From Vicugna vicugna (lineage: Eukaryota): 64,000 bases of DNA. Both the position numbers and the translations under genes were made by a program. Shown one piece after another: positions 40,519 through 54,280 of this stretch; position 1 is the first letter of the stretch; each line of letters opens with the position of its first letter. The stretch spans positions 124,001 to 188,000 of the forward strand of contig MU058824.1 in the NCBI GenBank assembly GCA_013265495.1. Reading direction: 5' to 3'. Under the pieces are notes generated by a model, which saw nothing but the letters and a program-made list of their open reading frames with translations, did no database searches and had not been told where the DNA came from.

Positions 40519-40729
40519 CAGTTGACCCCTGAACAAGACGGGTTTGAACTGCACAGGTCCACTTACACTTGGATGTTTTTCAATAAAACGGTACCATAGC
40601 AGTACACCATCTGTGGTTGGCTGAATCCCCAGATGTGGATACGGAGGGCTGACTGTAAAATTATACACAGATTTTCCACTGCTGGGGGAGGGTTGGGACC
40701 CCTAGCCCCTGGTTGTTAAAGGTCAACTG
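40519..40729. mobile_element. Tigger2-family MITE (second copy)
   Basis: cagttgacccctgaacaa...ttgttaaaggtcaactg(ta); internal similarity to 33059-33314. Confidence 0.85.
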
Positions 40730-43634
40730 TAATCTTTTTTGATCTTTCAAGTGTGAAGCTATCATAAGAGATGGTGACTGACGCATCACCAGCTGTGATG
40801 GAGATACTGATGGGAGAGGCAGCACCAAATGAGTGGGGTGGAGGACTCAGCAGGGAGGGTTTAAAGTGTCCACTAAACAGGTGGAAGAGGCAGCATGGCA
40901 GCTAAAGAGACAGAAGTCAGGGAAAGGGGTGATAGCTAAAGAGGCAGAGGGAGGAGGTGTGCTGGCGTTGAGGCTGGGTGGGAGACAACTGCAGTAGTCT
41001 GTGTCTAGGGCTCTCCCAGGATGTCAGCCAGAAATGCATTCTTTGTTTATTTCAGTTGGCAGCATCATTCTTTCAGGCATCTAGCTTTAAAACTTTACCC
41101 CTGCCTCCAACAAACGCAATCTGTTGCCAAACCTGATTCCACTCTGCAATGCCCTTCACATGGGTCTCCCTCGTTTTTACTACAGCCTCCTCCAGGTCCT
41201 CCTATTATCTCATCCTAACAGGGGCCAAACGCTCCTGCTTTGTCTCTTGGACTCACACTCTTCTCTAAACTCAGTTCCATCTTCTAATCTTCCTCCTGGA
41301 GCACAATTTTGATCAGGTTACTGCCCAATTTGGAAATTCCCCATGTTCTCCCAATTGTGTGTGTCATCCTGAATCTTCAACAGGACCTCGTGTCTAGTGA
41401 AGTTCCTCTCCTTTCTGAATCTCCAAGCCAAAAATACCAACTCTAAAGACTTAGCTCAAATGCCACCTCCTCCAAGAGGCCTTCCTTCAAGCTTCTTTGT
41501 TCCCTGCTCCGAGATACACATGCACTAGAAGATGTGCACTGATCAAGCACATGACAGATGCATACATGTCTTACCTCCCATACTGGGCTGGGTCCATGAT
41601 TTGGCAGGGTGGGGGATGGTGAACTGTGTCTTAATATTGATCTATCAATCCTCTACAACACCTATAAGAAACGGTTATTGCATTTCCACCTCAGGTAAGG
41701 AACTGCTCAAAACTAGAATGAATTGGGATATACCTGTTCACGAGTGGAGGCATTACAAGTACCCTGTATATGTGATCTGGCTCTCAGGATACAGCAGATC
41801 CTTGATATAGCTTTGAGGGATGGCGTGGGGGGCTAGCAGGTAGGGCTATTTGTTTTCGGGTCGAGAGGCCTAGGACTGAGGTTCTGCTTTGCCGTTCGCT
41901 AGCTTTCAGCCTGGTGCAGGTAGTTCTCCGAGCATCATTTCCTCACTTCTGCAGGACCTCACAGGAGTAAGGACCAAATGAGACACACTTGTGAACTCTA
42001 CATCAATGATTCTCAGTCCTAATTGTGTATTATGATCCCCCTCTAAAGCTTCCGAAAAATATAGAGAACTAGGCCCCAACCCAGGTAAACTGAATCAGAA
42101 TCCCCTGGGAGTGGGACCCAGTGAGACTAATTATTTATAAGATACAGTTTCTAATGCATAGCCAAGGTTGAAAACCGGTATAAACTCATAAATACCATTA
42201 ACAGTAGAACAAGGTACTTGAGCCTGCTGGTTTAATTAGCTTTTATTTGTTCAGTTAGGAATTAGTTCGATGCTTTTTATAGTTCCATTATGTACGTGAG
42301 CATTTTTTGTGTTGTTCTACATTGTTATTTGTGTGCTTAGGTGGTAAATTCTGAGAGGAATAATATCCAGCACAATGCTGTGCACAAAAATATACCTAAC
42401 CCAATGGCCCTTTTGGAGAATAAAGCGAAAACTTCACAGGGTCCCGTGTTGACCAGACAAGCTGAATTGGCAGAACCCGGGAGCTTGTGCAAAATGCAGT
42501 CTCAGGCCCCACTCCAGACTCTGAAGATTAAGGAGATTCCCAGATGGAGCAACAGGCAAAGCAAAGGCAAGCTCTTCTCAGTTCACACCTGTGTTGAGGC
42601 CCTGCCAGTCCCTGCCCTAATGTCTCCCATGAATCAGTTAAGCTTGGGGCTTTTTCCAGATGCTGCTTCTCTAAAGGGTCCATTTGGTAAAAACTAAGAA
42701 TACAGATCCTTACAAAAAGGATCCTTCCTTTGAAAGGAGACTAGTCTTCCCAGTGTTCCTTTAAATAACCAGCTCCTCTAAGATATTTCAAATATGATCA
42801 ATGTATAAAATAAATTGATAGCCATTTATGTTTTATGCAGTACATGTATATGTACGTAATTTACTAAGCTTACAGTATCCTGGGCCCAAATTCCAAAATT
42901 ATGAAAGGAGGGACGCTCAGCTAACACAGTAAACAACTTCTCCCTGTTGGCCCTTGCCCTCTGAACAGTGATGACGCTAGTGGTGCCCATTCAAGACCGT
43001 GCAGACCACGTCACAGTCAAGGAGTCACAGCAGATGCTGAACGTTATCTAGACCAGCTCCCTTGTTTTACAGACAGGAAACACCAGGGCCAAGAACTAAA
43101 TGGAGTTCTTCAAGGTCACACAGCACTTGAGGCAGAGCCAAGCTCAGAATTCAGGCCCTCACTGCCAGTCCTATACGCCCCATGCAGCCTCTGCCACACG
43201 TACTCCCCCTCGCCCCCCACGTGGCCTTGAAATTTCATTCTCAGAAACTGCTGACCTGCCTTGGCACTGAAGTGTCACTTAGCTTCCTCCAGCTACTGCT
43301 GTGCCTAACTTTCAAGGCTGTTTTCAACATTAGGCTACAGGAGAAGCTATACCACACTCAGGCAAAATATCCATTTCTCAATCACAGTCCCAAATATACT
43401 GGTAATGGATTCTGCAAAAGCCCAATGCTAACTGTGTAATGCAAACTACGCAGCATTCCTATTAGCTAGCACCAGGAGCACGGCGAGGGAAGGGCCTTTC
43501 CTGAGGTGGCTGAAGATGAAAATCAAGGGCACCCATTAACCCGGTGGTACAAAGCTGGGAGGACTCTACAGTGGGGAGGTGAAAACTAGAGCACAGTGGG
43601 GGAGACAGCACCTCTGAAAAACGTACAGTGTGTG

Positions 43635-44419
43635 ACTATAAAATTGCAAGTCTTATCTTTTAATAAAACAAGCAGGACAGAATGTAGAAATCTAAATGAA
43701 CATTTCTCCTTCAAAGCAATTACACCCTTAATTCCAACAAAGCTACCCTTGTTGGAGACATTATTTGGAACTCCTCTCTGGGGAAAGGAAGGCCTTAAAA
43801 GGCAGTTTATGAGCCACATTAGGAAAAAAAATCCTTCCATAGGTTGGGCTGTTTGAAAACAGGAAATCCACACTCAAAAGATGACACTGAAAAAATGAAA
43901 AGTGTGCCACAGCTCTTGTGGAGATTCCGGAAAGACCTCTGGCAAGTCCTGAGCAACAGCATCATCGCTGGAGGAACGTGTGTCCTCTTGGACAGCCACT
44001 GTCAATGGGAGGGTGTTTGTTTGGATAGAAAAGGTCTGCTGTCTATTAAAACAAACAAACAAACAAAAAAAACCACCCGCAAAAACCAGCCACGCTCCTT
44101 TGTGGTCACACTTGCATTTGATTTAAAAAATACAACAACAACAACACTCACACATGGTTCTTGTATGAATTCTAATTAAGAGACGTTACATTCGGAATGA
44201 TAGCACTCATAGCGATAATTTTCAGGAGACTCTAACAGCTTCTTTGCCACTTCAGGGGTACATAGGGTGCAGCTGTTTACCTGAATATATTCTTAAGTAA
44301 GTGACTACTACCGCTCTAATTTTCCTAGTTGTAGCTGTTACAGGTTACTGATCGCACGTTCGCGTTCCAGACTTTCTTTGCCAACACAGGTTAATTACAA
44401 GGGAGCCACCCCCACAGTC
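43635..44419 (-). other. MSANTD3: MSANTD3 3'UTR (end approximate)
   Basis: Non-repetitive sequence after the stop, up to a candidate ATTAAA signal followed by a CA and a GU/U-rich stretch. Confidence 0.55.
43659..43664 (-). terminator. Candidate polyadenylation signal ATTAAA of MSANTD3
   Basis: Minus strand reads ATTAAAAGATAAGACTTGCAATTTTATAGTCACACACTGTACGTTTTT: variant hexamer, CA sites about 25 nt downstream, then U-rich element. Confidence 0.5.
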
Positions 44420-44829
44420 TTAGGGTGAATTGGGAAAGGGCCGGTTAAATGAGGAAACAGGCCATTCCTTGGTAAAAGTTTGTAGTTTTCTTTCCCAATA
44501 CATCTTCTTTTTATTGAGAACTTCCATTTTTATCCTGTGTTCCTCCTCTGCCATCTCACACTCTCGCTCTATCTGCTGGATTTTGGCCACATGCACCTCA
44601 TTCATTTGTATCAGCTGCAGCTGTAAGATGGACATTTGTTGATGGTGTTCTTCCTCATGCATCTTTTTTAAAGCACCTTCCTGAGAGGTTTTGCTCCTGT
44701 AGTTTTTAGTGGCTGTTATTCTGACAGCTGAACACGAGGGTTCAGGTTGAGAGGTCCCCTCACATACTGGAAAATGTATGAACTCTTTCTCATCATCGCA
44801 CAGTTCTCTATTTGAAACAGCAAATGATT
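44420..44829 (-). CDS. MSANTD3: MSANTD3 coding exon 3 (C-terminal coiled-coil-like region, stop TAA)
   Basis: Acceptor TTTTTCAG|AATCATTT; reads (E)[74 protein letters not shown]...RPFPNSP*; 418+410=828 nt = 275 aa plus stop, matching the human length as I recall it. Confidence 0.96.
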
Positions 44830-47800
44830 CTGAAAAACAGTAGCAGAAAACATATGTTCAAAGATTTTACAGGCAGAGAGTAAATCAATCCTATTTCAAA
44901 TGACAGGCTCCCCCGTTACAGGATGATCTAACACAGCATCTGCTCTGGTCTGCACGTCTACAGAAACCCTTGCTACATCATCTGACTTCTTAAAAACCCA
45001 TAAAGCAAAAGCAATTTTCCCTTAAGAAGCAATGATAAAGGGTTTCATTCATCAGGTCATTCCTGGCACTGCGAACGACAGGAACAATAGTCAGAGACCG
45101 TGCTTATCAAGGATCAGAGACCTTGGTATGTTGATGTAAGTTCTAAAATGAAATGTGCCCAACTCCCAGGGAGCAAAAGACCTCCGTACGAGGCCAACGG
45201 TGGGTTTAAGTTCCCCCTCAGTCTGATCTCCCTTTGTCAGTTTCTCATTCAGCCATGAACACTTCTGTTTAGTCTCCACAAAGGCACCATTGTTCTGGGT
45301 CCTGGTCACAGATCTTAACTCCTCCCCTGGAGAGCCATCTTACAAAGGTTCTTCCTTGAGAGATGAGCCTACACTCCTTGGCTTAACTTCCTCAGACTTC
45401 CCTTCAGTCTCCTACATCTGGCGGTTGCCTCTAGCACTGCCATCGGGGGTCAGTACTCAGATCCCAAAGACATGTTCTATTGTCCCTCTTGTGTAACTTC
45501 TCCCAAGCACTTGACAATCCTTGAAATTTCTTTCTCTATTAGCTTCTGAACTATTGCTCTCTCCCAAGTTTTTTACAGCCTCCTCTCTGATTGTTTCTTC
45601 TGAGGTCTTCTTTCAGGATTCAGACTTAAATATTCCCTTGGGGTTCCTATCCTTGGCTCTATTTTCAGTCCACCCTAAACCCTCATAATCTGGTTCTGAT
45701 CTTCCTTTATCTTTCTTGCCTTACTCTTCAAAATACCCTGTGTATCTTTCAATCCTACCACAATCTTTAAAAGCCATGCTTTTCCGCTCTCATAATTCTG
45801 TCTCACTGCTCCTTCAGCTTGAAGTTGGGCTCACTATTTGTCCCACCCCCTCACTCAAATACACACTCTTACTCCAGTCTCCCACCTAACCCGTACTTCA
45901 TTCAGGATCAATGCCACTTGCTCCGTGAAACCTCAGCTCTCTCCTTTCTCTTCTGTTACAACACTTAACACTTAACACTTTGGGACCATGCCTTATTCAT
46001 TTATCCGTGGGCACCAATTATTGTGCTTGGTACATAGTGGATGCCTAGTAAATATTGATAGGCTGAAGCTTTGAACACAAGAGGAAAAAAGCTTATGGAT
46101 ACAAAAGGATGTCACTTTTGGTGGTGCCATGTTTGCACTAGTAATTTTATAGGGCAATGATGAGTGTCAATTAGGGAGTTTCAATAAGGAAACCACTAAC
46201 TCCACTAACCCGTGGAGCCTTCTAGCTGTGATTCCAGTGCTTCCTTGGGAAGCTTTACATTTCCAATAATGAGAATCATCTCCTTGGAGAAAAATAATAT
46301 CAATTTAGTAACAGATTTGATTACATTATTGTGTCCGCTCCATTATTCCAGAAGATGGGATGCCGGGAATGTTAATGGCTACTGGGGGAACCTAACTTGT
46401 AACACTCCGTTAATAAAAGGACAATGGCTACTGTTTAGATGATTTCACTCCAAGGGGTTAGGTAACAACCATAACTAGTCCCTAATTAAGATAAAAGAAA
46501 AGGTAAAAACTTACTTTCGAAAGAGAAGGTTAAAAAGGACTTCTGTGTCATCCAGAGATAATGAAAATGTCTCCCTAGGAATCTTTTCCAGCTCCAGCAG
46601 CTGTAGCCCCAATTAGATGTCCTTCCTTCAGGGCTCCCACTGCCTTCTGAGCCTGCCTCTGGCAGAGAACTTGTTAAAACTGGCGGTTTAACTACCTCAC
46701 CTTCAGGTCTCTGAACACTTTGAAGACAGAGACTGCCTCTAATTCATCCTCCTGGAGAACCCAGCCCAGGGCCCAATACACTGCTGAGCATATAAGAAAC
46801 GTGTGCGGGCTGAATCGGCTGCAATGGCTCACATCCCTCTCAACGCAGCACAACTGTGTAGAAAGAACGTGTTCTGAGTGGAGAGCTGAGGCACGGGACA
46901 AAGGGATGGAAAAGGCTGGGCACTGAGAATAGCGTCCGTCAGATGTGATCAGATGCAAAGAGGATTACCTCATCCATTTCCTTTCCAGTCTCAGATCTGA
47001 AATTGTCTTCTTTGAAGACTGGATACATTAGATGTTTTTTTGGTATCTTTAGCCTCTTTCTCTTTGATTTCATTCCAGATCATAGTTCTGGATACTCCTC
47101 TGAGTCTTTGAAGTTCACACCTTAGCAATGCTACTCATCTCTCCCAATTTCTAAATGCTCATTTTTATTTCAGTAATTCTTGGTGTTGGGGGCATTCCGA
47201 CAATGATGATGATGATGGCAGCAGCTGCCATGTTCTGAGTAGCTAACCAGGCACTAGGCTAGTGCTTTGCAACACTCTGATTTAATCCTTACAACAATCT
47301 TCTGAGGGAGGTATTATTATAGAAAACCAAACACAATATCCAAAGTTATTTAAGTAGTTGGAAAAACCAGGACTCCAACTCAGGTCTGCATGACTCCAAA
47401 GTCCAAGCTCAACCACTACAACACCCAGCCTCTCACTATGTTGCTTGCTCAGCTGATCACTTATGTATCTTGAAATACAGCCTCCAAGTTGTATCCACTA
47501 CAAGACCATCTATTATTAAGAAAATGGTTGTATATTCCAAATTTTCATCTCCAAATTTGTGAACATGAAGATAGTATGTTTATATCTGGGAGCAGAGAAA
47601 TGACTCTACTTTAAAACTATTAATTTTTTTAGTTTAAATGTGTGCTAACATACATATTTTAAATTTAAAAAGTCAGGCCCCTTAAGACTCTAGCAGAAGC
47701 TAGGGCTTAAAACTAGAGAAACCCGATGGAGTAGTTAATTAACTTCACACAAACATTAGCTCCAATGAATGGAAGCTAGTGTTGAGATGGGGAGAATCTC

Positions 47801-49152
47801 CTTTTAATTGGAAAATGACTATCCTGAGAATAGCCACATGCTGCAGACCCATACGATGCAATCTCTCTCCCAGGTAAAACAAAACCACCTGAAACAGAAA
47901 ACCAACTCGATCCTGGGCCAAATGGACAGGAAGGCCTGAAGGCTTTCCTGGGATCAGAAAACACAATCAAGGGGGTATTCTTCCACTTGGGGCAATTTGA
48001 CTAAGTTTAATCTCAGCAGGAAAACCTCCTATAGCAGGAAAAAGATGGGATGGAAACCGCATACATGCCAAAGCCTAGCTCTTCTCAACAGAACAAAGTA
48101 AACAGGACTGACCGGAGACATGGATAAACAAGATATGGTTGAGGCATATGGAATATTATGCACCAACTAAGAGAAACAAATCAGATTTACACACTGCAAT
48201 AGGAACAGATCTTAAAACATTCGAAGTGAAAAAAGGCAGGAGAAAAAGGAATGGTATCTGTAGCACTATTTTTAGTCTACATAAATTTAAAACAGATGCA
48301 CACACAACACCAACGCATGCTTTCAAGAACATGTGAGAGACTATGCAAGCACATTAGAATGATCAGAGTGCAGGAGAAAAGAATGAAAGTGGGTGAATGG
48401 GGATAAAAAAGGAATAAACATGTAAGTAACACACAAAAAAGCGCTTTTCCAGACTAATGATGCTCGTGTGCCATGACTGGAAATATGTCAGTCCCCTGCA
48501 CTGGAGATCCCACCCCAAAAGAACAGGATTGGACTAAACAGTAATAATAATGCAATTTATTAAAAAATGCTTGCATTATTTAATATAGCTTTGAGTACCT
48601 GCGTTTGCATTAGTGGATTATAGCTTTATAGTAGAGAAACAAGAGCACATGAAATTAAAGGTAAGTTCTCTTAAGATATTTGAGTGCTACTTGAAAGCTT
48701 AGTTTTTTAAAATGTATTTGACATTTGGTCATCCTACCCTCCCAAGCACCCCTAGCAAATTTTGTTGGCTCCCTTAGTTTGTTCTGCTAATCTGTTCTCC
48801 CAAAGATAATGGAAGATGGGTGTCAAAGCCAAGTTATCACATATCCTAAGTCTACAGGGTATAAGTTCTAATATATTTAAGGGGAAAATACCATATTTTT
48901 ACAAATACATTCCGAAGTGTTAAATTTTAAGAATACTGTGTTCAAATACAGATGTACATTTTAAGAAAGTCATTGACAAAGCTAAGAATTTGTGGGAGAC
49001 AGTGATCAAGAAGACACAGTTTAAACCACCTCACACAAGAAAGAGTTGGAGGGAGGCCTCTAGTGGAATACTGCTAGGCTCCTTCCTGTCTAACTAATTC
49101 CAACAAATCTTTGAGCACCTAATTCTGCCAGGCACCCTATAAGGTGTTATAA

Positions 49153-49463
49153 CAGAGCCGTCCAATAGAAATATAATATGAGCTACAAATGTAATTAAAA
49201 TTTTTCTCATAGCCACCTTTGCAGGTAAAAAGAGGCAAAATTAATTTTAGTAATACATTTTTAATCCAATATATCTAAAGTATTATCATTTTAACATTCA
49301 ATCAATATAAATATTATTAGTAAGATATTTTACATTCTTTTGGGGGGTACTAAATCTTCAAGATATAGTGTGTATATTTTGAGCACATCTCAATTCAGTC
49401 TCCCCACATTACAAGTACTTATCAGCCTCATGTGATTTGTGGCTACTGTATTGGACAGCACAG
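49153..49463. mobile_element. MER33 (hAT-Charlie MITE)
   Basis: TIRs cagagccgtccaata / tattggacagcacag; about 311 bp with AT-rich core. Confidence 0.85.
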
Positions 49464-51785
49464 CGTTAGCGATACACACGCACGCACGCACACACACTAG
49501 TCCCTGTATCAAAATACACACAATGGAATGAGAGTCATAACCCTATTGCAGGTTTTCAACCTTTTTCCCAACAAGACCCAGAAGGGATGATTAACAATTC
49601 CAGCTTTCTTTTTCTTTCTTAAAAGTAAACTGAAATGCAAAATGAGTGAGGTAAACTCAAAGCTGTTGTACTGTACGGAAAGAGTTTCAGTATTTAACTA
49701 CTAGAGTTAACAGGTTACTTTGGACACAGTTCCCAACTGGCAAAGCAGCCCTGTTCTCCACCTCCTTCCAGATCTGACCTGGAAACAGGAACCAGACAGC
49801 ATATGGCTGTACTTAAATAATCACCAGCAAAAAGAGAAGTCTCACCTGTCATATACATACAAACATCCAATTTAAAATAAATCTCTTTTACAAGTGACTG
49901 TCTAGCAAACGTCCCTCCAGGAAGGACACTGAGAATCCATATTTATTCCCTTTTTGCTGGAAATTTATGAATTCTGTTTATGACTAAATGAATTACATCA
50001 TCTCCTCTAAAAAGAAAGAGAAAAAATTTTGTGTAATGGACTTTCTAGATCCTACCCTAGAATTTGAAAGTGGGGAATAAGACTGTCCTCTTAGAATAAC
50101 CCTAAGAAATCAATACGCAATAATCCAGATCAAAGATTTGCAAAGTGAACTGAAAGCAGTCCACACCAGCATCTTCCTGGGCAACATCTCCCAGGGAATA
50201 TAAGCAATTTGAAAAGTAGCCCTGCTGATTCACCTTCCTCCCTCCCTCCACCAGCACCTCCCCTTTCACTGCCTCACAGACACTGAATTGCTCCAAGGCC
50301 AGCATAACGGAGAGGAACCAGCTGAAGCTATAAACACCTCCAAAGCAAGGACACTGTCACTTAGCAGCAGGCCCCTCCACCATAGAAGCAGCAGCAAGGA
50401 GAGGTGAGAGAGAGCTGGCAGTGTCCACATAAACACTGTCTTCCGGGAGGTGCCTTGGCAGGGGAACCCAAGAATCAAAACTCAGCCACAGGGTTCCTAC
50501 CCTGGGAAACAATGCATGGATTTCTTGACATTCACTGCAACAGTTGCCCAACTGCCCCCTGGACTTAACTTTAGTCAATGATCAGCAAAAAAAAAAAAAC
50601 AAAAAAAATTGATCGTAATTTAACTTCCCAGGATGATCTGCCAACAGGGAAAAATAATGTGCTAATCAAAAACATGTATTCTGTTCGCTTGGTTATTATC
50701 TTTTCCACCCTACAAGGATAACATTCTTAGTCTTAAATAATTTTTTAGTGACTTTTAATTAACCAGTCCCTCAGAGCTCAGTTTACTCTGGGGACACTAA
50801 TAAGTGAATTTCTCATCCTGCAAGCCAAAAATTGGATTTTCCTAGGCAAATGCTTCTTGGGTACTTGGAGCACCTTATGAGCAACCCTTTGGCCTTCCCA
50901 AGAATCCTCCTCTGCTTTCAAGGTATATTTTCCACAAACTGCAATGACTCTTTATATAAACTGGCCATTCCTATCTTACAAGAGGCAGGAGTCATCAGCA
51001 GTTAATCTGTATGCATTCTCATCTTCCCTTTGCCTGGAGACATTTCTAACAGCCCCTTAATTCCAACTTTTTAAAGCCATGACACACTTTCATTACAGCC
51101 TTGATTATATGACAGTCTCTCCCTTCCCTAGGAATTATGTACGATATATTTTTCTTTTTTCATTGGAAGTATATTAAAACTAAAATGAATTTTTTCCAGA
51201 ATTTCTCAAGTTTCCTGGAGTGCCACAAACCAAAACTATAGATCACAATATTATAATGGGACAAATGCTGGTTTTTAATCTGGGTGACTGTTCCATGGAA
51301 GTTTGCTACCCTAGTCTCTGTACTTCTCTTAAGTGTAAAATAGTTCACTTTCTTCACGTGGCCTTTTGAGTAACTTAACGGCAGTACTTTGCACATAATT
51401 TTTTTAAATAAAAAAATACGATCGAGGGAATAAATACAAATCCTCAAACAAATTCTCTTTCATATATCTGAGATACGTTGAGATAAGCAACTAAGGTACT
51501 TCGTTAATAACTATTTTAATGGAGCCCCTTATTTTCCCTTCTTAGGTAATTAAGAGATAAGTGAGGCCTCTTTAAGAGAGACGGCATGGGAGGTAAGCAA
51601 GAGCTTCTGTTTTTATGCACAACATGACCTGAGCATCTCGTATAGTCAGAAGTTTTGAGTTGGGAAAGGCAAGTTTGATGGGAAAGTTTCTTTTTTATCA
51701 ATTCCCTCGAAATTAAGGATTTGAAATCTGCACCGTGCACCGGGCCCCCCAGGGGAACGTGCGAGCTGGCGTCAGGAACCCGTAC

Positions 51786-52203
51786 CTTGGGCGGCGGCAT
51801 CCGCGCGGTACTCGGGCTCCTCCTCGGGCGGGCTCTGCAGGAAGTAGAGCTGCTCGGGCAGCATGCTGGCGATCTTCTCCTTCCCCAGGACGTGCGTGCT
51901 CAGCAGCGGGCTGACACTCCGTTTCACTTTCTCTCTCCTCTCATGGGCCATAATCTTTTTGGTCCGAGCCTTGATGTTCTCCCAGCACTTCTTCAGCTGT
52001 TTGAAATCCCGCAGGGACACGCTGGGCTGAGAGTTGTATTCGTGGGCCAGCGCCTGCCAGGTGCGCTGCTTGAGGGCAATAGTTCGCGCGTCGCTCTTCT
52101 TACACTCCAGCACATACTTGTACTTTTCTACTAAAGCAAGCAGGATGCTCTTTTCCAATTCTGAGAAGTACTTGGCAGGTTTTATAATTTCGTTGTTTTG
52201 CAT
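51786..52203 (-). CDS. MSANTD3: MSANTD3 coding exon 2 (aa 1-139, Myb/SANT-like DNA-binding domain); exon begins at 52236 with 33 nt of 5'UTR
   Basis: Translation [59 protein letters not shown]...[19 protein letters not shown] recognised as MSANTD3; acceptor CCTGTTCCAG|GCTAGC at 52237/52236; donor CAAG|GTACGG after 51786; 418 coding nt, phase 1. Confidence 0.97.
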
Positions 52204-52984
52204 TTTCCACTATGTTTCTTCTGGCTGTTAGCTAGCCTGGAACAGGAAGTTTGAAACAATCATTACTAACTCTAGCAATAAAAACGTCGGAGAATCACTC
52301 AAGCTTAATCCCTGACTCGATTCCGTTCTCTGACATCCAATACTTTCTTTTCCATGAATGGTGAATTATGATATTCTGAAGAAAACGTTCATAATTATAC
52401 CACACACAGACAAACGGGAAAAGAAAAAAAAAGAAAAAACATTTAAAGTTTACCAAGAATGAGGTTTTACTTAAAAGCAGATTTTCAAGTAGGTCCTTTG
52501 CTGTAGATCTTGGCCATTTTGTGATTATCTGGTACAGAGCAGCCAAAAAAGAAAAGCTGGAACATCTATGTGGAATTCTAATGTGATCATTTATTTCTGC
52601 TTAGTGCTAGGGAACTGATAGTTCCCCAAATTCATAATGTTAGGCAGTTCTCTCAAAGTTTTGTCACAGCTGAAGGCAAGAGAAGCCACCGTGTGGTCAA
52701 ATATAACAGATAATGTAAATACTATCAAGGTTTTAGAATCATCAAGAAATCACCCCTAAAAGATCTGACATTTCCATCTCTCTGTGACCTTGGATAGGTC
52801 CATGGTCCTACAGGAACTTCAGTTTCTTCATCTTTAAAATGACGGTTTGGAGTCTGTGATCCTTAAGGTCTAAGGGCCTCTTTTACAAGTGTACAGTTCT
52901 TTGTAAATAATTTAGATAATTTCAGAGGTGTAAGGGCCTGGATGTTTAGAGCTTGAGTCCAACACCACTTTCTCCCCTCTACGT

Positions 52985-53690
52985 TTCATATAAATGGAGT
53001 AATTCAATATAAGGTCTTTTGTGACTTTCTTCTTTCACTGAGCATAGTGATTTCAAAGTCTGTCTGCATTGTACCACATATCAATACTTCATTCCTTTTC
53101 ATTGCTGAATGATATTCCATTTTATAGTTGTAGCACAGTCTATATCCATTTACTAATCAATGGATTTTTTAAATTGAGATATACTTGACATGTAACATTA
53201 TAATATTTTAGGTATATAACAATGATTTTATATAAATATATGTATAGTGAAATGACCATCACAGTAAGTCTAGTTAACATCCATCACCACACAGTTGCAA
53301 TTTTTTTTCTTTTAAGATCTCTTCTCATAGCAACTTTCCAATATACAATACTATTAACTATAGTCACCATGCTGTATATTGCACCCCCAGGACTTATTTA
53401 TTTTATAGCTGGAAGTTTGTACCTTTTGACCACCTTACCGATTTTGCCCATTCCCTCCCCCTAACCCCCATCTCTGGCAAGCACCAATCTGTTCTCTATA
53501 TCAATGATTTTTTTTTTAAGATTCCACATGTAAGTGAGATCATATGGTATTTGTCTTTTTCTGTCTGACTTATTTCACTTAGCATAATACCTCAAGGTCC
53601 ATCGATGTCGCAAATGGCAGGATAGCCTTCTTTTTGTGACTGAATAATATTCCTTTGTGTACATATACTACCACATCTTCCTTATCCTTC
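52985..53690 (-). mobile_element. Two adjacent L1 3' ends (older L1M plus younger L1MA-like)
   Basis: ttccacatgtaagtgagatcatatggtatttgtc...gacttatttcacttagcataat. Confidence 0.85.
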
Positions 53691-53959
53691 TTTTCAATTG
53701 AGGGAACTAAGGGCCAGTAAGGTGAAATGGATTACACAAGATCACAAAGATGGTGACCTGAGAAGTCAAGAACCTGGACTGTCCTAATAGTTTTCTAATC
53801 ATTTTTTTTAAACATACCAAAAAATAGCCATTTTTATTATACATATTCCTTTAAAATCTCTGTTCACATTATAGTAAGAGGTATCAATTTTATTTTAAAA
53901 ATTGGAAATGATGTATTCTCCCTTATCACTATTAAAGTCTACATACTTTTTTACATTTT

Positions 53960-54280
53960 TAATAAAAATTGTACATATTTAACATATATAAATTTCATTT
54001 GATATAGTGAAATGATTACCACAATCAAACTAAATATCATCTTTTCACATAGTTACCTTTTATGTGTGTGATGAGAGTGCCTAAAAGCTACTCTATCATA
54101 TTTCCAATATTCAACACAGTATCATCAGCTATAGTCATCATTCCCATAGATTGGATCTCTAGACTTATTCATCCTATGTAACTGCACTTTGTACCCTTTG
54201 ACCAGCATCTCCCTATTTCCTCCACCCTCTATCTCCAGTCCCTGGTAAGCACTGTTCTACTCTCTGCTTCTAGGCTTTGA
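53960..54280 (-). mobile_element. L1MA-like 3' end
   Basis: gatctctagacttattcatcct...actttgtaccctttgacc...ctgttctactctctgcttct. Confidence 0.75.

Noticed and set aside
33059..40729. Two Tigger MITEs as ends of one composite transposon
   Set aside because: Each has its own pair of inverted termini; independent insertions of an abundant family.
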